A stretch of 64,000 nucleotides of DNA, taken from the IMG/VR virus record IMGVR_UViG_3300042484_002006, one strand, 5' to 3'. Positions 1 to 9,527 of this stretch are shown here, in pieces; positions within the stretch are counted from its first letter, which is position 1, and every line of letters begins with the position of its first letter. A program made the translations under genes and the position numbers. The notes under the pieces were generated by a model. That model worked only from the letters and a program-made list of their open reading frames with translations. It made no database searches and had not been told where the DNA came from. The stretch comes from a virus.

Positions 1-330
1 TATAACGGTGGACCTAAGGGAAAGCAGCACTGTGAAGACGGTGGATGCCCTAGATTAGCTGAGAAGTCACCTAGTGGATCAAATTATGATAACTGCATAG
101 CAGTTCACGCTGAAGCTAATGCTCTTCTCCATTCGGATTATTCTAGTAGACCAGAAAACATATATATAAATGGTCCTCCATGTTTTTCTTGCGCTAAACT
201 AATAGCTAATTCAACAATAAAAAATGTCTATTACATATATGATGAATCCTATAAGGATTGGGATAATGTAAAGAAATTTTTATCAGAATGTTCAATCAAT
301 GTATTCGAGGTTAATAATGCCAGCGGCTAA
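1..330 (+). CDS. dCMP deaminase-like zinc deaminase (5' truncated)
   Basis: Frame 1 is open from base 1 to TAA at 328-330 and reads YNGGPKGKQHC...VHAEANALL...GPPCFSCAKLI, the HAE / PCxxC deaminase motifs. Confidence 0.85.
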   Translation, partial: YNGGPKGKQHCEDGGCPRLAEKSPSGSNYDNCIAVHAEANALLHSDYSSRPENIYINGPPCFSCAKLIANSTIKNVYYIYDESYKDWDNVKKFLSECSINVFEVNNASG

Positions 331-538
331 ACTAAATTATATGGTAGTATATAAAAATCATAGTCAAGTTTACGGATGTTCATCTAAGAAAATAGCACTT
401 GATAGCCCTCCCCCCGAAGGGATGTCATTAGAAGATAAGAACATATTTTTCGTAACATTTGAACCAGACACTGATAATATCTGTTTATACAAAGTAAGTA
501 ATGAGCAAGAAAGTAATGACAAGGAAGAAAATGAGTAA
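317..538 (+). CDS. hypothetical protein
   Basis: ORF (track 299-538). ATG 317 overlaps the deaminase end. No motif recognised. Confidence 0.5.
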   Translation: MPAAKLNYMVVYKNHSQVYGCSSKKIALDSPPPEGMSLEDKNIFFVTFEPDTDNICLYKVSNEQESNDKEENE

Positions 539-749
539 GAAGAAAATCTCAGTTAAACTAAATGTAGGCGAAACTGCAATCGTCATCAATCATGAATTAG
601 CTATGCACATAGCCGAAACATATGATTATTTAGCAACTGAACATCAAGATGAACATTCAGATTCATTTAGGGAAATAGCAGATCACATAAGATTTCAAGC
701 TAATGAAAATCACTATGATGAATCAGATGATGAATATGAAGAATGGTAA
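531..749 (+). CDS. hypothetical acidic protein
   Basis: AAGGAAG RBS before ATG 531. Overlaps neighbours in operon fashion. Confidence 0.55.
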   Translation: MSKKKISVKLNVGETAIVINHELAMHIAETYDYLATEHQDEHSDSFREIADHIRFQANENHYDESDDEYEEW

Positions 750-990
750 AATTACTTTCTTAATTAGCTCTTTCTTATTGGGTGTTTCGATTGCTAGAAA
801 TAAATCTATGAATTCTTTAAAGCCCAAGAAAAAAGATCCAACTGTATATCAATATAAAAATAGATTAAAAGAGTTTTATGACTCTGATATATTGTTTGAT
901 ATAGAACAAGAATTCCTATCCTTAGTAGAATTCGGATTAAGTCCTACATCCGCTTTTGATGCGGTAATTGAATTTGGAGAAATAAATTGA
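736..990 (+). CDS. hypothetical protein with N-terminal hydrophobic segment
   Basis: ORF (track 703-990). ITFLISSFLLGVSIA segment. ATG 736 is the plausible start. Confidence 0.5.
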   Translation: MKNGKITFLISSFLLGVSIARNKSMNSLKPKKKDPTVYQYKNRLKEFYDSDILFDIEQEFLSLVEFGLSPTSAFDAVIEFGEIN

Positions 991-1778
991 TAGACCTCTG
1001 CGTAATTAACTACAATACAAGATCACTACTGAATAGATTTTTAGATTGCCTTCATAGCGATTTGCATGAGACTGCTAAGGTCTGGAATCTATACATAGCA
1101 GATAACGGCTCACAAGATGATAGTGTTGATTGGTTGAAATATAATTATCAAAGATATAGAATTAATAAATTCTATGATAATGACAATATAGGATACTCTG
1201 GAGCCTGCAATCAATTAGCTGGAGAAGGATCATCCGATATAATCGCACTGTTAAATGCAGACGTATGGATGACTAGTGCGTCGATGGTAAGAGCTCAACA
1301 AATTTTTGATGAGAATCCAGATATTCATATTCTTGGTCCTAAGCAAAGAGATGAAAATGGATTAATAACGCATGCGGGAATTGTTGGCACCAATACAGCT
1401 CCAGCTCATCGTGGTTGGAGACAAAGTGATTTTGACGACCAGCTCTATAAAGATAGAGTTCCTTGTGTCACAGTTTCAGGCTCAGCCTACTTTATCCGCA
1501 GAGAAGTTTGGGACACATTAACAAATCATCCTAAGTATCAAGAGATGTATCCTGGAGCAACAGGCGCATTCCTCCCCACTCCCCACTATTACGAAGAGAC
1601 GTGGTGTTCATATTTTGCAAGACATCTAGGCTATAATGTGGTGTATGATGGAACTGTTTCCATTGGCCATAGCTGGCACAAATCTTCGCCGGTTGGTGGA
1701 GAAGCGGATTCTAAATTCAAAGAAAGTCAAGCAATATTTCGCAAAGCATGCGACTACATTGGAATAGAAAGAGATTAA
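987..1778 (+). CDS. glycosyltransferase family 2
   Basis: VINYN, IADNGSQD, NIGYSGACN, LLNADVW (DxD-like) and HYYEETW motifs. Confidence 0.9.
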   Translation: MIDLCVINYNTRSLLNRFLDCLHSDLHETAKVWNLYIADNGSQDDSVDWLKYNYQRYRINKFYDNDNIGYSGACNQLAGEGSSDIIALLNADVWMTSASMVRAQQIFDENPDIHILGPKQRDENGLITHAGIVGTNTAPAHRGWRQSDFDDQLYKDRVPCVTVSGSAYFIRREVWDTLTNHPKYQEMYPGATGAFLPTPHYYEETWCSYFARHLGYNVVYDGTVSIGHSWHKSSPVGGEADSKFKESQAIFRKACDYIGIERD

Positions 1779-1779
1779 A

Positions 1780-2178
1780 ATGTCAGATAAATTAAATCCA
1801 TGGATATATAACGCAGAAGTAAAAAAAGTTGTTGATGGCGATACATTTGATATTGTTATTGACTTAGGATTTGACACCCTGAAAAAGGGTAGAGTTCGTC
1901 TTTATGGAGTAAATACTCCCGAGAGTCGCACTACGAATCTCGAAGAAAAGAAAATGGGCTTAGCAGCAAAAGAATTTACTGATCAATGGTTAACAGCCGC
2001 TAGCCATAAGGTTAAGATAGAAACTATTATTGACAAGAATGAAAAGTATGGAAGAGTGCTAGCAAGAGTATGGAATCAAGCCGGAGAGTGCCTAAATGAT
2101 GCTATAATAGCATCTGGTCTTGCTAGAGAATACTTTGGCGTAGGCGACAAAACATTCACCGAATTTAAAAAGGACTAA
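1780..2178 (+). CDS. thermonuclease (SNase-like) family nuclease
   Basis: KVVDGDTFD, RVRLYGVNTPE, KYGRVLA and GLA motifs. Confidence 0.88.
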   Translation: MSDKLNPWIYNAEVKKVVDGDTFDIVIDLGFDTLKKGRVRLYGVNTPESRTTNLEEKKMGLAAKEFTDQWLTAASHKVKIETIIDKNEKYGRVLARVWNQAGECLNDAIIASGLAREYFGVGDKTFTEFKKD

Positions 2179-2179
2179 A

Positions 2180-2599
2180 GTGCAGACATTTCTACCATAT
2201 GCAGACTTTCAAAAATCTGTAGAAGTATTAGATTATCGTCGTCTTGGAAAGCAACGTGTTGAAACATTCCAAGTGCTAAATATACTCCTAGAAAGAACAC
2301 CTACAAAAGGCTGGAGAAATCATCCAGTAACATTGATGTGGACTGGTTATGAATCTGCTTTAAAGTTATATCAAAATATAACTATTCGAGAATGGGTCAA
2401 TAGGGGATATAAGAATAATATGCAGTATGAAGAGATAGATCCAGGCAGTGTAGTAATGCCGGCTTGGTTTGGGAGTGAAGAATTCCATAGATCTCATAGA
2501 TCAAATCTTCTTCGTAAAGACTTTGGATATTATTCACAATATTTTGACGAACCAAATGATTTAGAATACTATTGGCCAGGATTAGTATATGCCGCTTAA
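2180..2599 (+). CDS. pyrimidine-dimer DNA glycosylase / MSMEG_6728 family
   Basis: MQTFLPY...LDYRRLGKQRVE...WRNHP...HRSNLLRKD...YYWP. Confidence 0.85.
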   Translation: MQTFLPYADFQKSVEVLDYRRLGKQRVETFQVLNILLERTPTKGWRNHPVTLMWTGYESALKLYQNITIREWVNRGYKNNMQYEEIDPGSVVMPAWFGSEEFHRSHRSNLLRKDFGYYSQYFDEPNDLEYYWPGLVYAA

Positions 2600-2993
2600 A
2601 GTATTTCTTTCTGGAGCAATTGAAGGCGTTGAAGACTATGGACGCTTTTGGCGTAAGTCAGCGACTAGAGCACTGCATCTTGCAGGCTATGACGTATTAG
2701 ATCCAACTACTATCGTAGATAAAACATATGAAACACCAGAAGAAATTGTTGAAAAAAATTTGTTTATGCAACGCAGAGCAGATATTATTCTGGTAGAATA
2801 CATGTTACAAGATCGCGCATATATAGGAACTGACTTTGAATTGGCTTGGGCTAAATTCAATAATCAGCCAGCAGTAGTCTTCTGCTGCGACTCTAATAAA
2901 AACAGAGTTTACTTAAAATATATGGCAACAAAACTTGCATCAACAATGCAAGATGCGATAGAATATATCGCAACCAATTATCCATCAAATTAA
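2589..2993 (+). CDS. nucleoside 2-deoxyribosyltransferase-like N-glycosidase
   Basis: VFLSGAI...VLDP...RADIILV...GTDFELAWA, including the nucleophile Glu. Confidence 0.75.
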   Translation: MPLKVFLSGAIEGVEDYGRFWRKSATRALHLAGYDVLDPTTIVDKTYETPEEIVEKNLFMQRRADIILVEYMLQDRAYIGTDFELAWAKFNNQPAVVFCCDSNKNRVYLKYMATKLASTMQDAIEYIATNYPSN

Positions 2994-3008
2994 TGAAAGG
3001 TAATACCA

Positions 3009-3200
3009 ATGTCAGATAACAAGTTCAAGTATTTCACAGTGACGACAACTTCGCTCGTGAAGGCTAACAACAAAACAGACGCAGAGAAGATTGCAACAAG
3101 TTCGAGCAATCGTCGTTCAACTCTTGGAGAGATGCTCTACAGAGAAGTAGAGACTGAGCGAATTTCGGCTGTTGAGGCTCGTGAACAGATGGTCGACTGA
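3009..3200 (+). CDS. hypothetical protein
   Basis: GAAAGG RBS, 63 aa ORF. Confidence 0.55.
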   Translation: MSDNKFKYFTVTTTSLVKANNKTDAEKIATSSSNRRSTLGEMLYREVETERISAVEAREQMVD

Positions 3201-3239
3201 CCTTCGTCAATAAAGTCTCTAAGTAATTATTGGACAGAA

Positions 3240-3265
3240 ATTGAGGGGGGTAAAACCCCCTCAAT
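3240..3265. terminator. GC-rich intergenic hairpin (possible terminator)
   Basis: ATTGAGGGGG-GTAAAA-CCCCCTCAAT, a 10-bp stem with only weak U-tracts. Confidence 0.45.
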
Positions 3266-3293
3266 CTCATTTAAAGCTAAGGAAGAAAAAAAA

Positions 3294-3986
3294 ATGATCA
3301 TTGCACAAATGATTGGTAGAAATGAGTCTTCTAGATTTTTGGAAGATGTTTTGCAAAGACTGTCAACTCAAGTTGATAAAATAATATTTACAGATGATTG
3401 TTCAACTGATAATACTCCTGAAATAGCAGCAAAGTACGCTGAAGTTTTTCAAACACCTGAACAACTTTTTAATGTTCACGAAGGAAAATTAAGAGCCTTC
3501 GCCTGGGGTAATCTAGAGAAATTTGCTAGTGTTGGAGATTGGGTCGTAGCTATTGACTGCGATGAAAAGCTTTATCATTTAGATGATGCGCCAATTAGAG
3601 ATGTTTTAAATACATCGCCTTTTGATGTAGTAAATGTCCGCTTCTATCATATGTGGAATGAAACTCAGTATAGAGTTGATAAACTATGGACACCAAATAA
3701 TAGTACTAGAATATTTAGATACTTAGAAAATGGTGGGTTCAATAATAGGCAGCTGGCGTGTGGATCTGAACCTACTTATGTAGGTGATATGATTGCTAGA
3801 AAAAATTATTGGGTTGATTCTAAACTCGTAATGCAACATCTTGGCTATATCAGAGATGAAGATAAAATTTCTAAGCATCAGAGATATTCACAATTAGACG
3901 GTGGAGCTTTCCATCAATTAGACCATATCAATTCAATCATAGATGAAAAACCAGTTTTGATTAACTGGGGTTCATTCGGAATTTAA
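3294..3986 (+). CDS. glycosyltransferase family 2
   Basis: MIGRNE...FTDDCSTDNT...WVVAIDCDE...MQHLGY. Confidence 0.85.
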   Translation: MIIAQMIGRNESSRFLEDVLQRLSTQVDKIIFTDDCSTDNTPEIAAKYAEVFQTPEQLFNVHEGKLRAFAWGNLEKFASVGDWVVAIDCDEKLYHLDDAPIRDVLNTSPFDVVNVRFYHMWNETQYRVDKLWTPNNSTRIFRYLENGGFNNRQLACGSEPTYVGDMIARKNYWVDSKLVMQHLGYIRDEDKISKHQRYSQLDGGAFHQLDHINSIIDEKPVLINWGSFGI

Positions 3987-3997
3987 TAGGAGATAAA

Positions 3998-4645
3998 ATG
4001 ACATTTCTTAATCCAACAGATTCACTTAGAAATCTTACTTCGGCAATGGGTAAAAAAGAAAAGTTTAGTTACATTAATGTTCCTAAGTCTTCCATAGTTG
4101 CCTTAAGCAAAAATAGCGAGAATCCTTTTCCAGCTAACTTTGCTAAGAATATTATCTCCTCATTAAAAAATAATGACAAGAGAATTATGAAAGCAATTTC
4201 ACACACCCTAGTTTCTGATATTGAAAATGGAAGACATTTTAAAATTGGATTAAACAAAAACTTTGAGTATTACTATTCAAACGTATTTGAATACTTTTAT
4301 CTAAATAACAAAGACGCTTATCAATCAGTGATTGATTTCTATATTAGAAATACTCCAAAAGTTATCGTTACACTCCATGATAAGAAGTTGGCTCAACGCC
4401 ACTTTGGATTTGATACGCATATTATAAATGTTCCATATAATAATTATCACGAAAAGTTAGATAGTGTTTATGCACAATTGGCGGAAATGGAAAACGAAGT
4501 AGACTACTGCCTTCTAGATTGTGGTGTCTTTGGTTTAGCATTGATGAATAAGATGTGGGATAATCTAAACATATCCATAATTGATACTGGTAAAACTTTG
4601 TCATTGAGCAAGGCTGCATTTCATAACAGTACCAATGAAAGATAA
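3998..4645 (+). CDS. possible GT-D-fold glycosyltransferase-like protein
   Basis: C-terminal DYCLLDCGVFGLAL...IIDTG resembles the GT-D fold signature. It directly follows a GT2 gene. Confidence 0.4.
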   Translation: MTFLNPTDSLRNLTSAMGKKEKFSYINVPKSSIVALSKNSENPFPANFAKNIISSLKNNDKRIMKAISHTLVSDIENGRHFKIGLNKNFEYYYSNVFEYFYLNNKDAYQSVIDFYIRNTPKVIVTLHDKKLAQRHFGFDTHIINVPYNNYHEKLDSVYAQLAEMENEVDYCLLDCGVFGLALMNKMWDNLNISIIDTGKTLSLSKAAFHNSTNER

Positions 4646-5270
4646 TTATAAAAAAATACAAGATGATGATATTGAATTTTTAGTAGATCTTTTATTTGAT
4701 ACTAATTATTCAATAAATCAAATAGCAAAAGAACTTGACGTTCCAATATCTGAGATAAATAAAAAGATTAATTATCTTGGATTAAATTGGTTAAAAGATT
4801 CTAAAAAGAAAATGTCACGTGGTCAAACCGCTTTGACAATGATAATGAAAAAGCTTTTGCCTGGAGAAGACGTGGTTAATGAATTTCATATTGGCGAAAA
4901 ACTTCGATTAGATGTTTATTGCCCCTCGTATGGAATAGCTGCAGAATATCATGGCCGTCAACATTTCTTTTACACATCTAGATTTTTTGAATCAAAATAT
5001 GAATTTGAAGAAGCACAAAAAAGAGATATAATCAAAGCACAATGGTGCAAGGATAATGGAATTGCGTTAATTGTTTTTCGCTATAACGACTCTCTAACTG
5101 AAGTCAGCGTGTATAATAGGATGCTGGAAGCTATTAGGAGTAGTCCAGATAGCAAGAAAGATAATAATAAGCAAAGTATTACAACTTCTAATTATTATCA
5201 GGAAATGAAAAAGAAAAATTCAGAGTATAAAAAGAATCTTTACCGCAAACTAAAAGGCTCTAAAAATTGA
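4635..5270 (+). CDS. HTH + Vsr/DUF559-like endonuclease
   Basis: N-terminal YSINQIAKELDV helix-turn-helix. LRLDVYCP...AEYHGRQHF...DIIKAQWCKDNGIALI. Confidence 0.7.
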   Translation: MKDNYKKIQDDDIEFLVDLLFDTNYSINQIAKELDVPISEINKKINYLGLNWLKDSKKKMSRGQTALTMIMKKLLPGEDVVNEFHIGEKLRLDVYCPSYGIAAEYHGRQHFFYTSRFFESKYEFEEAQKRDIIKAQWCKDNGIALIVFRYNDSLTEVSVYNRMLEAIRSSPDSKKDNNKQSITTSNYYQEMKKKNSEYKKNLYRKLKGSKN

Positions 5271-6730
5271 TGGCACTTGAAGAAATAGAAGAATCACAAG
5301 AAACCCCACTAGAATACCAGGCATTCGCACTTTGCTTAAAAGAGCAGGGTGCGATATCCTATTTTGACGAAAATCTTCCACAAGATATAGTTGGTATGAT
5401 TCATGGCGAAAAAGGAATCCACGAATTCTATGGTGCGCTTCTTGGTTTTTATCGAGCAACTAATTTAGACATAGTTGATCCAATAGCCTTTAAGTCATGG
5501 CTGTCTAGCGAGACAGATATCTATGACGCACTTGGTGGTTCTTCCGGCGTAGGTATAATGATAGATTATATTCTTAGTCTTGATTCTTCTACAAAAGAAT
5601 CAGTCGTTGAATTAATTAAGCACAAAGCAAATAAGCGTAAACAAATTCTTAATCTTCAAGAACTTCAAATACTTATTAACAAAAAAGGTTTGAAATCACA
5701 AGAAGATATTAATCGCATTAATGATTTGACATCCTTAATTAAGGATCTTGAAAATCAAATTAAGTATGACCCTTTTAGTAAATTGACTACAGCTAATGAC
5801 ATTCTAAATAGAGCTGATCGTTTGCTGGACATACCTGATTTTGTGCCGACTCAATTTAAAGCCCTTAATAGGGCTATGGGGTACACAGATGAGGGTGGAT
5901 TCTTTAAGGGCGCTGTACACGCAATTATCGCACCCTCAGGCAAGGGTAAGAGTACCTTCGCTAAGTGCCTAGCTAATAATTGGCTAGATACTGGCTATAG
6001 AGTTTTATACGTAAACTTTGAAGAAGCCTTGGGTCACTGGGAGAGAATTCTTATGACTCAAATCATTGGTGAAAATGTTTATTCAGAAGCCCATAAATGG
6101 AGCGAAGAAAAGAAACAGTTTTATTTGGCTAAATTTAAATCAAAACTTGAAGAGTGGGGAGATAGATTGATGGTCCGCCATGATCCTGAAACTCCATATT
6201 TTGAAGATCTTGAATTTTGGTTAAGAGATTTGATAGGCCACACTGGAGATATGCCAGATGTAGTTATTATCGACACTATCCAATCTATGTTTACTCGTAG
6301 CAGTGGCAAGGGTAAGCCAAGATGGGGAGAGTTTGAAGAAATGATGGTTAGGTTGGAAAAGCTTGCTAGAGATATGAACTGCGCCATGATAATCACTGCT
6401 CAAGAAAACTCAAACAGAATGAAAGAAAAAAGAGAAGTTGTTCAACAATCTGACACTGGTGGATCTTTAGCTATTCAACAAAAGTGCGCAGTTACAATCT
6501 TTATAACAGAAAAACGTTTAGCCTCAAATGATGAGACTGAAGATGACAATATAATGCAGCTTCAGATACCAAAGAATAGAATTACTGGTTCCGCATTCAT
6601 GTATGATCCGCCCCTAGTAAGATATAATGATGCAAAAAAAATCTATGAAGATTATGAAGTAATCAGTGATCAATCATACTCAGAATCAACAGATCTTCAA
6701 GAACTATTAAGTGGAGAAGGTTTTGACTAA
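5267..6730 (+). CDS. dnaB: replicative SF4 (DnaB-like) helicase
   Basis: Walker A APSGKGKST, VLYVNFEE, VVIIDTIQ, AQEN, GGSLAIQQ and KNR motifs. Confidence 0.9.
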   Translation: MMALEEIEESQETPLEYQAFALCLKEQGAISYFDENLPQDIVGMIHGEKGIHEFYGALLGFYRATNLDIVDPIAFKSWLSSETDIYDALGGSSGVGIMIDYILSLDSSTKESVVELIKHKANKRKQILNLQELQILINKKGLKSQEDINRINDLTSLIKDLENQIKYDPFSKLTTANDILNRADRLLDIPDFVPTQFKALNRAMGYTDEGGFFKGAVHAIIAPSGKGKSTFAKCLANNWLDTGYRVLYVNFEEALGHWERILMTQIIGENVYSEAHKWSEEKKQFYLAKFKSKLEEWGDRLMVRHDPETPYFEDLEFWLRDLIGHTGDMPDVVIIDTIQSMFTRSSGKGKPRWGEFEEMMVRLEKLARDMNCAMIITAQENSNRMKEKREVVQQSDTGGSLAIQQKCAVTIFITEKRLASNDETEDDNIMQLQIPKNRITGSAFMYDPPLVRYNDAKKIYEDYEVISDQSYSESTDLQELLSGEGFD

Positions 6731-7506
6731 TGCTAGAATTAAATGTAGAAGCTATTAAAGATTTTCAAACTTGTGAAAGATTATACGATTTTAGATATCG
6801 TGATAAACTTCCTGAAAAAGTATATTCAAGAGATATTTATACTGCTAAATTTGAATCAACTATTAAGAATATTATTTATTTCTTTTGGTTCAAAAAACAA
6901 GCAGGCATTAGTCCGTCTTATGCCTCGCTGTTAAATAGGTGGGAAAAATTATGGTTCCCAAAGAATGTAGATCATTACGATATAGCTACCGAACAACACG
7001 AGAGCATGTATGGAAATATGGCTAGCTTGACCACAAAGGCAGCAAGCATACTACTTACATTTCACGAAACTTATTCAGACGTAGATATGATTCCTCTAGC
7101 TATATCCGAAGAGTATATAGCAATTATCAACAAAGAAATTAAGATAGTAGACAAATTCGATTTAATAATTAGAAAAGATAATAAAAATTATGTAACAAAA
7201 CTTCTTTTTAATTATAAGAGTAATCATAGACACATGTATCAAGTTGATTTCTCTGCTATGTATATGGGATTTAAACTTCGTCATCCAAGTCGAGTTAATG
7301 AAACTAACTTTGGTTATATTGATCTAATGTCAAATAGTTTAGATTTTATAGAATATGAAATTAGTACCGAAGACATTGACTCTTTGGAATACTGGTGTGA
7401 TACAATGTGTCATAAGGAAACTTTTGTCCCAAGAAGAGGATTAACAGCTTACTGCAAAAAGTGTCCGCACGATGACGCATGTTCTAAATGGATTGGATGG
7501 AAATAA
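6730..7506 (+). CDS. Cas4/RecB-like PD-(D/E)XK fold protein, catalytic motif degenerate
   Basis: DFQTCERLYDF at the N-terminus, KFDLI in the core and YCKKCPHDDAC at the C-terminus. The expected (D/E)xK reads VTK. Confidence 0.65.
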   Translation: MLELNVEAIKDFQTCERLYDFRYRDKLPEKVYSRDIYTAKFESTIKNIIYFFWFKKQAGISPSYASLLNRWEKLWFPKNVDHYDIATEQHESMYGNMASLTTKAASILLTFHETYSDVDMIPLAISEEYIAIINKEIKIVDKFDLIIRKDNKNYVTKLLFNYKSNHRHMYQVDFSAMYMGFKLRHPSRVNETNFGYIDLMSNSLDFIEYEISTEDIDSLEYWCDTMCHKETFVPRRGLTAYCKKCPHDDACSKWIGWK

Positions 7507-8174
7507 TGGGTAAGAGTATTTTAGATGATATTCTGAAAGAAGATACAAGTAATCAAATTACTCAAGAAGATGAATACTTGGCTCCCTTATTAGGAGAAAT
7601 TGGACAGATAGATGATGAAGGAATCAAATCATTTGTCAGATCACTTTTGCTAAAAGCTAGTACATTTTGGGAAATACCATCTAGTTTTTCCGGGAGATAT
7701 CATCCACCGGATGAACATGGCCCTGGTGGTAATGTGCTACATACTAAAAGAGTTGTTAGAGTTGCAGAAGTGATATCAGACTCCTACGCGCTAAGTGTGG
7801 AGGAAAGAGATCTCATAATTGCGGCGTGCCTTCTTCATGACGTCACTAAGGGTGTTCCATCTGAAGAAGCTGGAATGTTCCAGTACGATCCGATGCACCC
7901 CTATACCGTCAATAAATTTGTATCTGACTGCATCCGTCATGACAAGGAATATGCCAATGATAGTCATTCTTCTACGTTGTTTATTTCTGAAGAAAATGTA
8001 CAAAGCATACTAAGACTAGTGAGATGCCATTTGGGTCCATGGTCACCAGTTCCAGAAACATATCCAATAACTTATATGGATTACATTGTACACTTAGCTG
8101 ACAATATAGCTAGTAAAGTGCATGTTATAATCGAGGATAGTCAATTGATCAATGACAGATGGACAAATGAATAG
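7506..8174 (+). CDS. HD-domain phosphohydrolase
   Basis: YHPPDE...GGNVLHTKRV...LLHDVTK...CHLG...HLADNIAS. Confidence 0.85.
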   Translation: MGKSILDDILKEDTSNQITQEDEYLAPLLGEIGQIDDEGIKSFVRSLLLKASTFWEIPSSFSGRYHPPDEHGPGGNVLHTKRVVRVAEVISDSYALSVEERDLIIAACLLHDVTKGVPSEEAGMFQYDPMHPYTVNKFVSDCIRHDKEYANDSHSSTLFISEENVQSILRLVRCHLGPWSPVPETYPITYMDYIVHLADNIASKVHVIIEDSQLINDRWTNE

Positions 8175-8328
8175 CAGAATATCAAAGAGAATTTATATTA
8201 TTTCTATACTAGAAGACATAATTAAAGAATCAGTCTACTATAGAAATAATTCATTTAATTTGAAAAAAGAAAATCGTATTGTAATCGCCAGTATTTCCGA
8301 TAAAGAGTCTAAGGCAAAGATACTATGA
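8167..8328 (+). CDS. small hypothetical protein (53 aa)
   Basis: Fills the gap between the HD and primase genes. ATGA overlap with 8325. Confidence 0.5.
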   Translation: MNSRISKRIYIISILEDIIKESVYYRNNSFNLKKENRIVIASISDKESKAKIL

Positions 8329-9527
8329 TAATTCCAAATGATCCAGATAAGTTTTTGTCATCTTGGAAATACCTAGAGACAGCAAAGTATGTGCAAAGCT
8401 TAGGTAGAGTTATTCGTCAAAAGGACGGAGACAATACTCTATTCATAGAAGCAAAGGATAAAGAATCTTTCCGCCAACAAAATGGAAATATTGGTCTCTA
8501 TACTTCTATCTGGCATTATAATTCCACTGATCTAGATAAAGCTATTAGATTAGGATCATTATATTTTGATATAGATAACAAAGATCCGCATGAGTCATAT
8601 ATTGATTGCATGAAGTTATATAATTATCTTATTAATTATATTCCAAAGTCTGCTGTACTGGTATATTTTACTGGTAAAAAAGGCTTTCATATAGAATGCG
8701 AAGCGATTACTCTAGGCATTAATCCATCCAATAATCTTCCTAATATTTTTAGATTCATAGCTTCAACCCTAAAAGATAAACTTAAGTTAGAGTCACTAGA
8801 TTTCAGTGTGTATGATGCTAGAAGAATGTGGCGCCTAGAAGGCAGTAAGCATCAAGATACAAATCTATATAAAAATTTAATACCAGAAGATACTCTCTCT
8901 CAGGGTATGGATAAAATAACTGATTATTGTACAGTGCCCTCTTCCAATGGAGTATCAGAACAGAACTTCAATGCCAAGGCCAATGAATGGTTTAGAGAAT
9001 TTACCTATAATATGGAAATAGAAAAAGAAAAATCAAAAGATTTTATGGGCTATTTCAATAAGTATGGATCAACTGCATTTAAACAAGTGGATGTTAAAGA
9101 AAAAGAATTTACTCCTGACAAATTACTGAAAAGCTGTACATCAATAGCTAGACTCCAACAACAAGCTATTGAAAAAAAATATCTAGAACATGAGGCGAGA
9201 CTATTCCTATGTTCGATCTTAACTTATAACGAAGAATCAATAAAATTTCTTCACGGTATCTTGAGTAATTGTTCAGACTATAATGTTGAAAAAACTAATA
9301 GTCATGTAAACGATTGGATAAAAAGAAGAGAATTGGGAATCGGCGGGAGACCATATACATGCGAAAGAGCTAATTCTGCGGGTGTTGGATGTGGAGAATG
9401 TTCGCTAGAGAAAAAAAATAAATGGGTAAAGATAGGGGACAAGTATGTTGAAACACAAGAACAGTCTTCTCCATCTCCAGTGCGTTTTGCTTATAAACTA
9501 ATGGATAAAGGAGGTGAACATGCCTGA
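8325..9527 (+). CDS. archaeo-eukaryotic primase (AEP) with PriL-like Cys C-terminal domain
   Basis: AEP motifs LYFDID, FTGKKGFH and VYDARRMWRLEGSKH. C-terminus SC...HEARLFL...PYTC...GVGCGEC. Confidence 0.8.
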   Translation: MIIPNDPDKFLSSWKYLETAKYVQSLGRVIRQKDGDNTLFIEAKDKESFRQQNGNIGLYTSIWHYNSTDLDKAIRLGSLYFDIDNKDPHESYIDCMKLYNYLINYIPKSAVLVYFTGKKGFHIECEAITLGINPSNNLPNIFRFIASTLKDKLKLESLDFSVYDARRMWRLEGSKHQDTNLYKNLIPEDTLSQGMDKITDYCTVPSSNGVSEQNFNAKANEWFREFTYNMEIEKEKSKDFMGYFNKYGSTAFKQVDVKEKEFTPDKLLKSCTSIARLQQQAIEKKYLEHEARLFLCSILTYNEESIKFLHGILSNCSDYNVEKTNSHVNDWIKRRELGIGGRPYTCERANSAGVGCGECSLEKKNKWVKIGDKYVETQEQSSPSPVRFAYKLMDKGGEHA

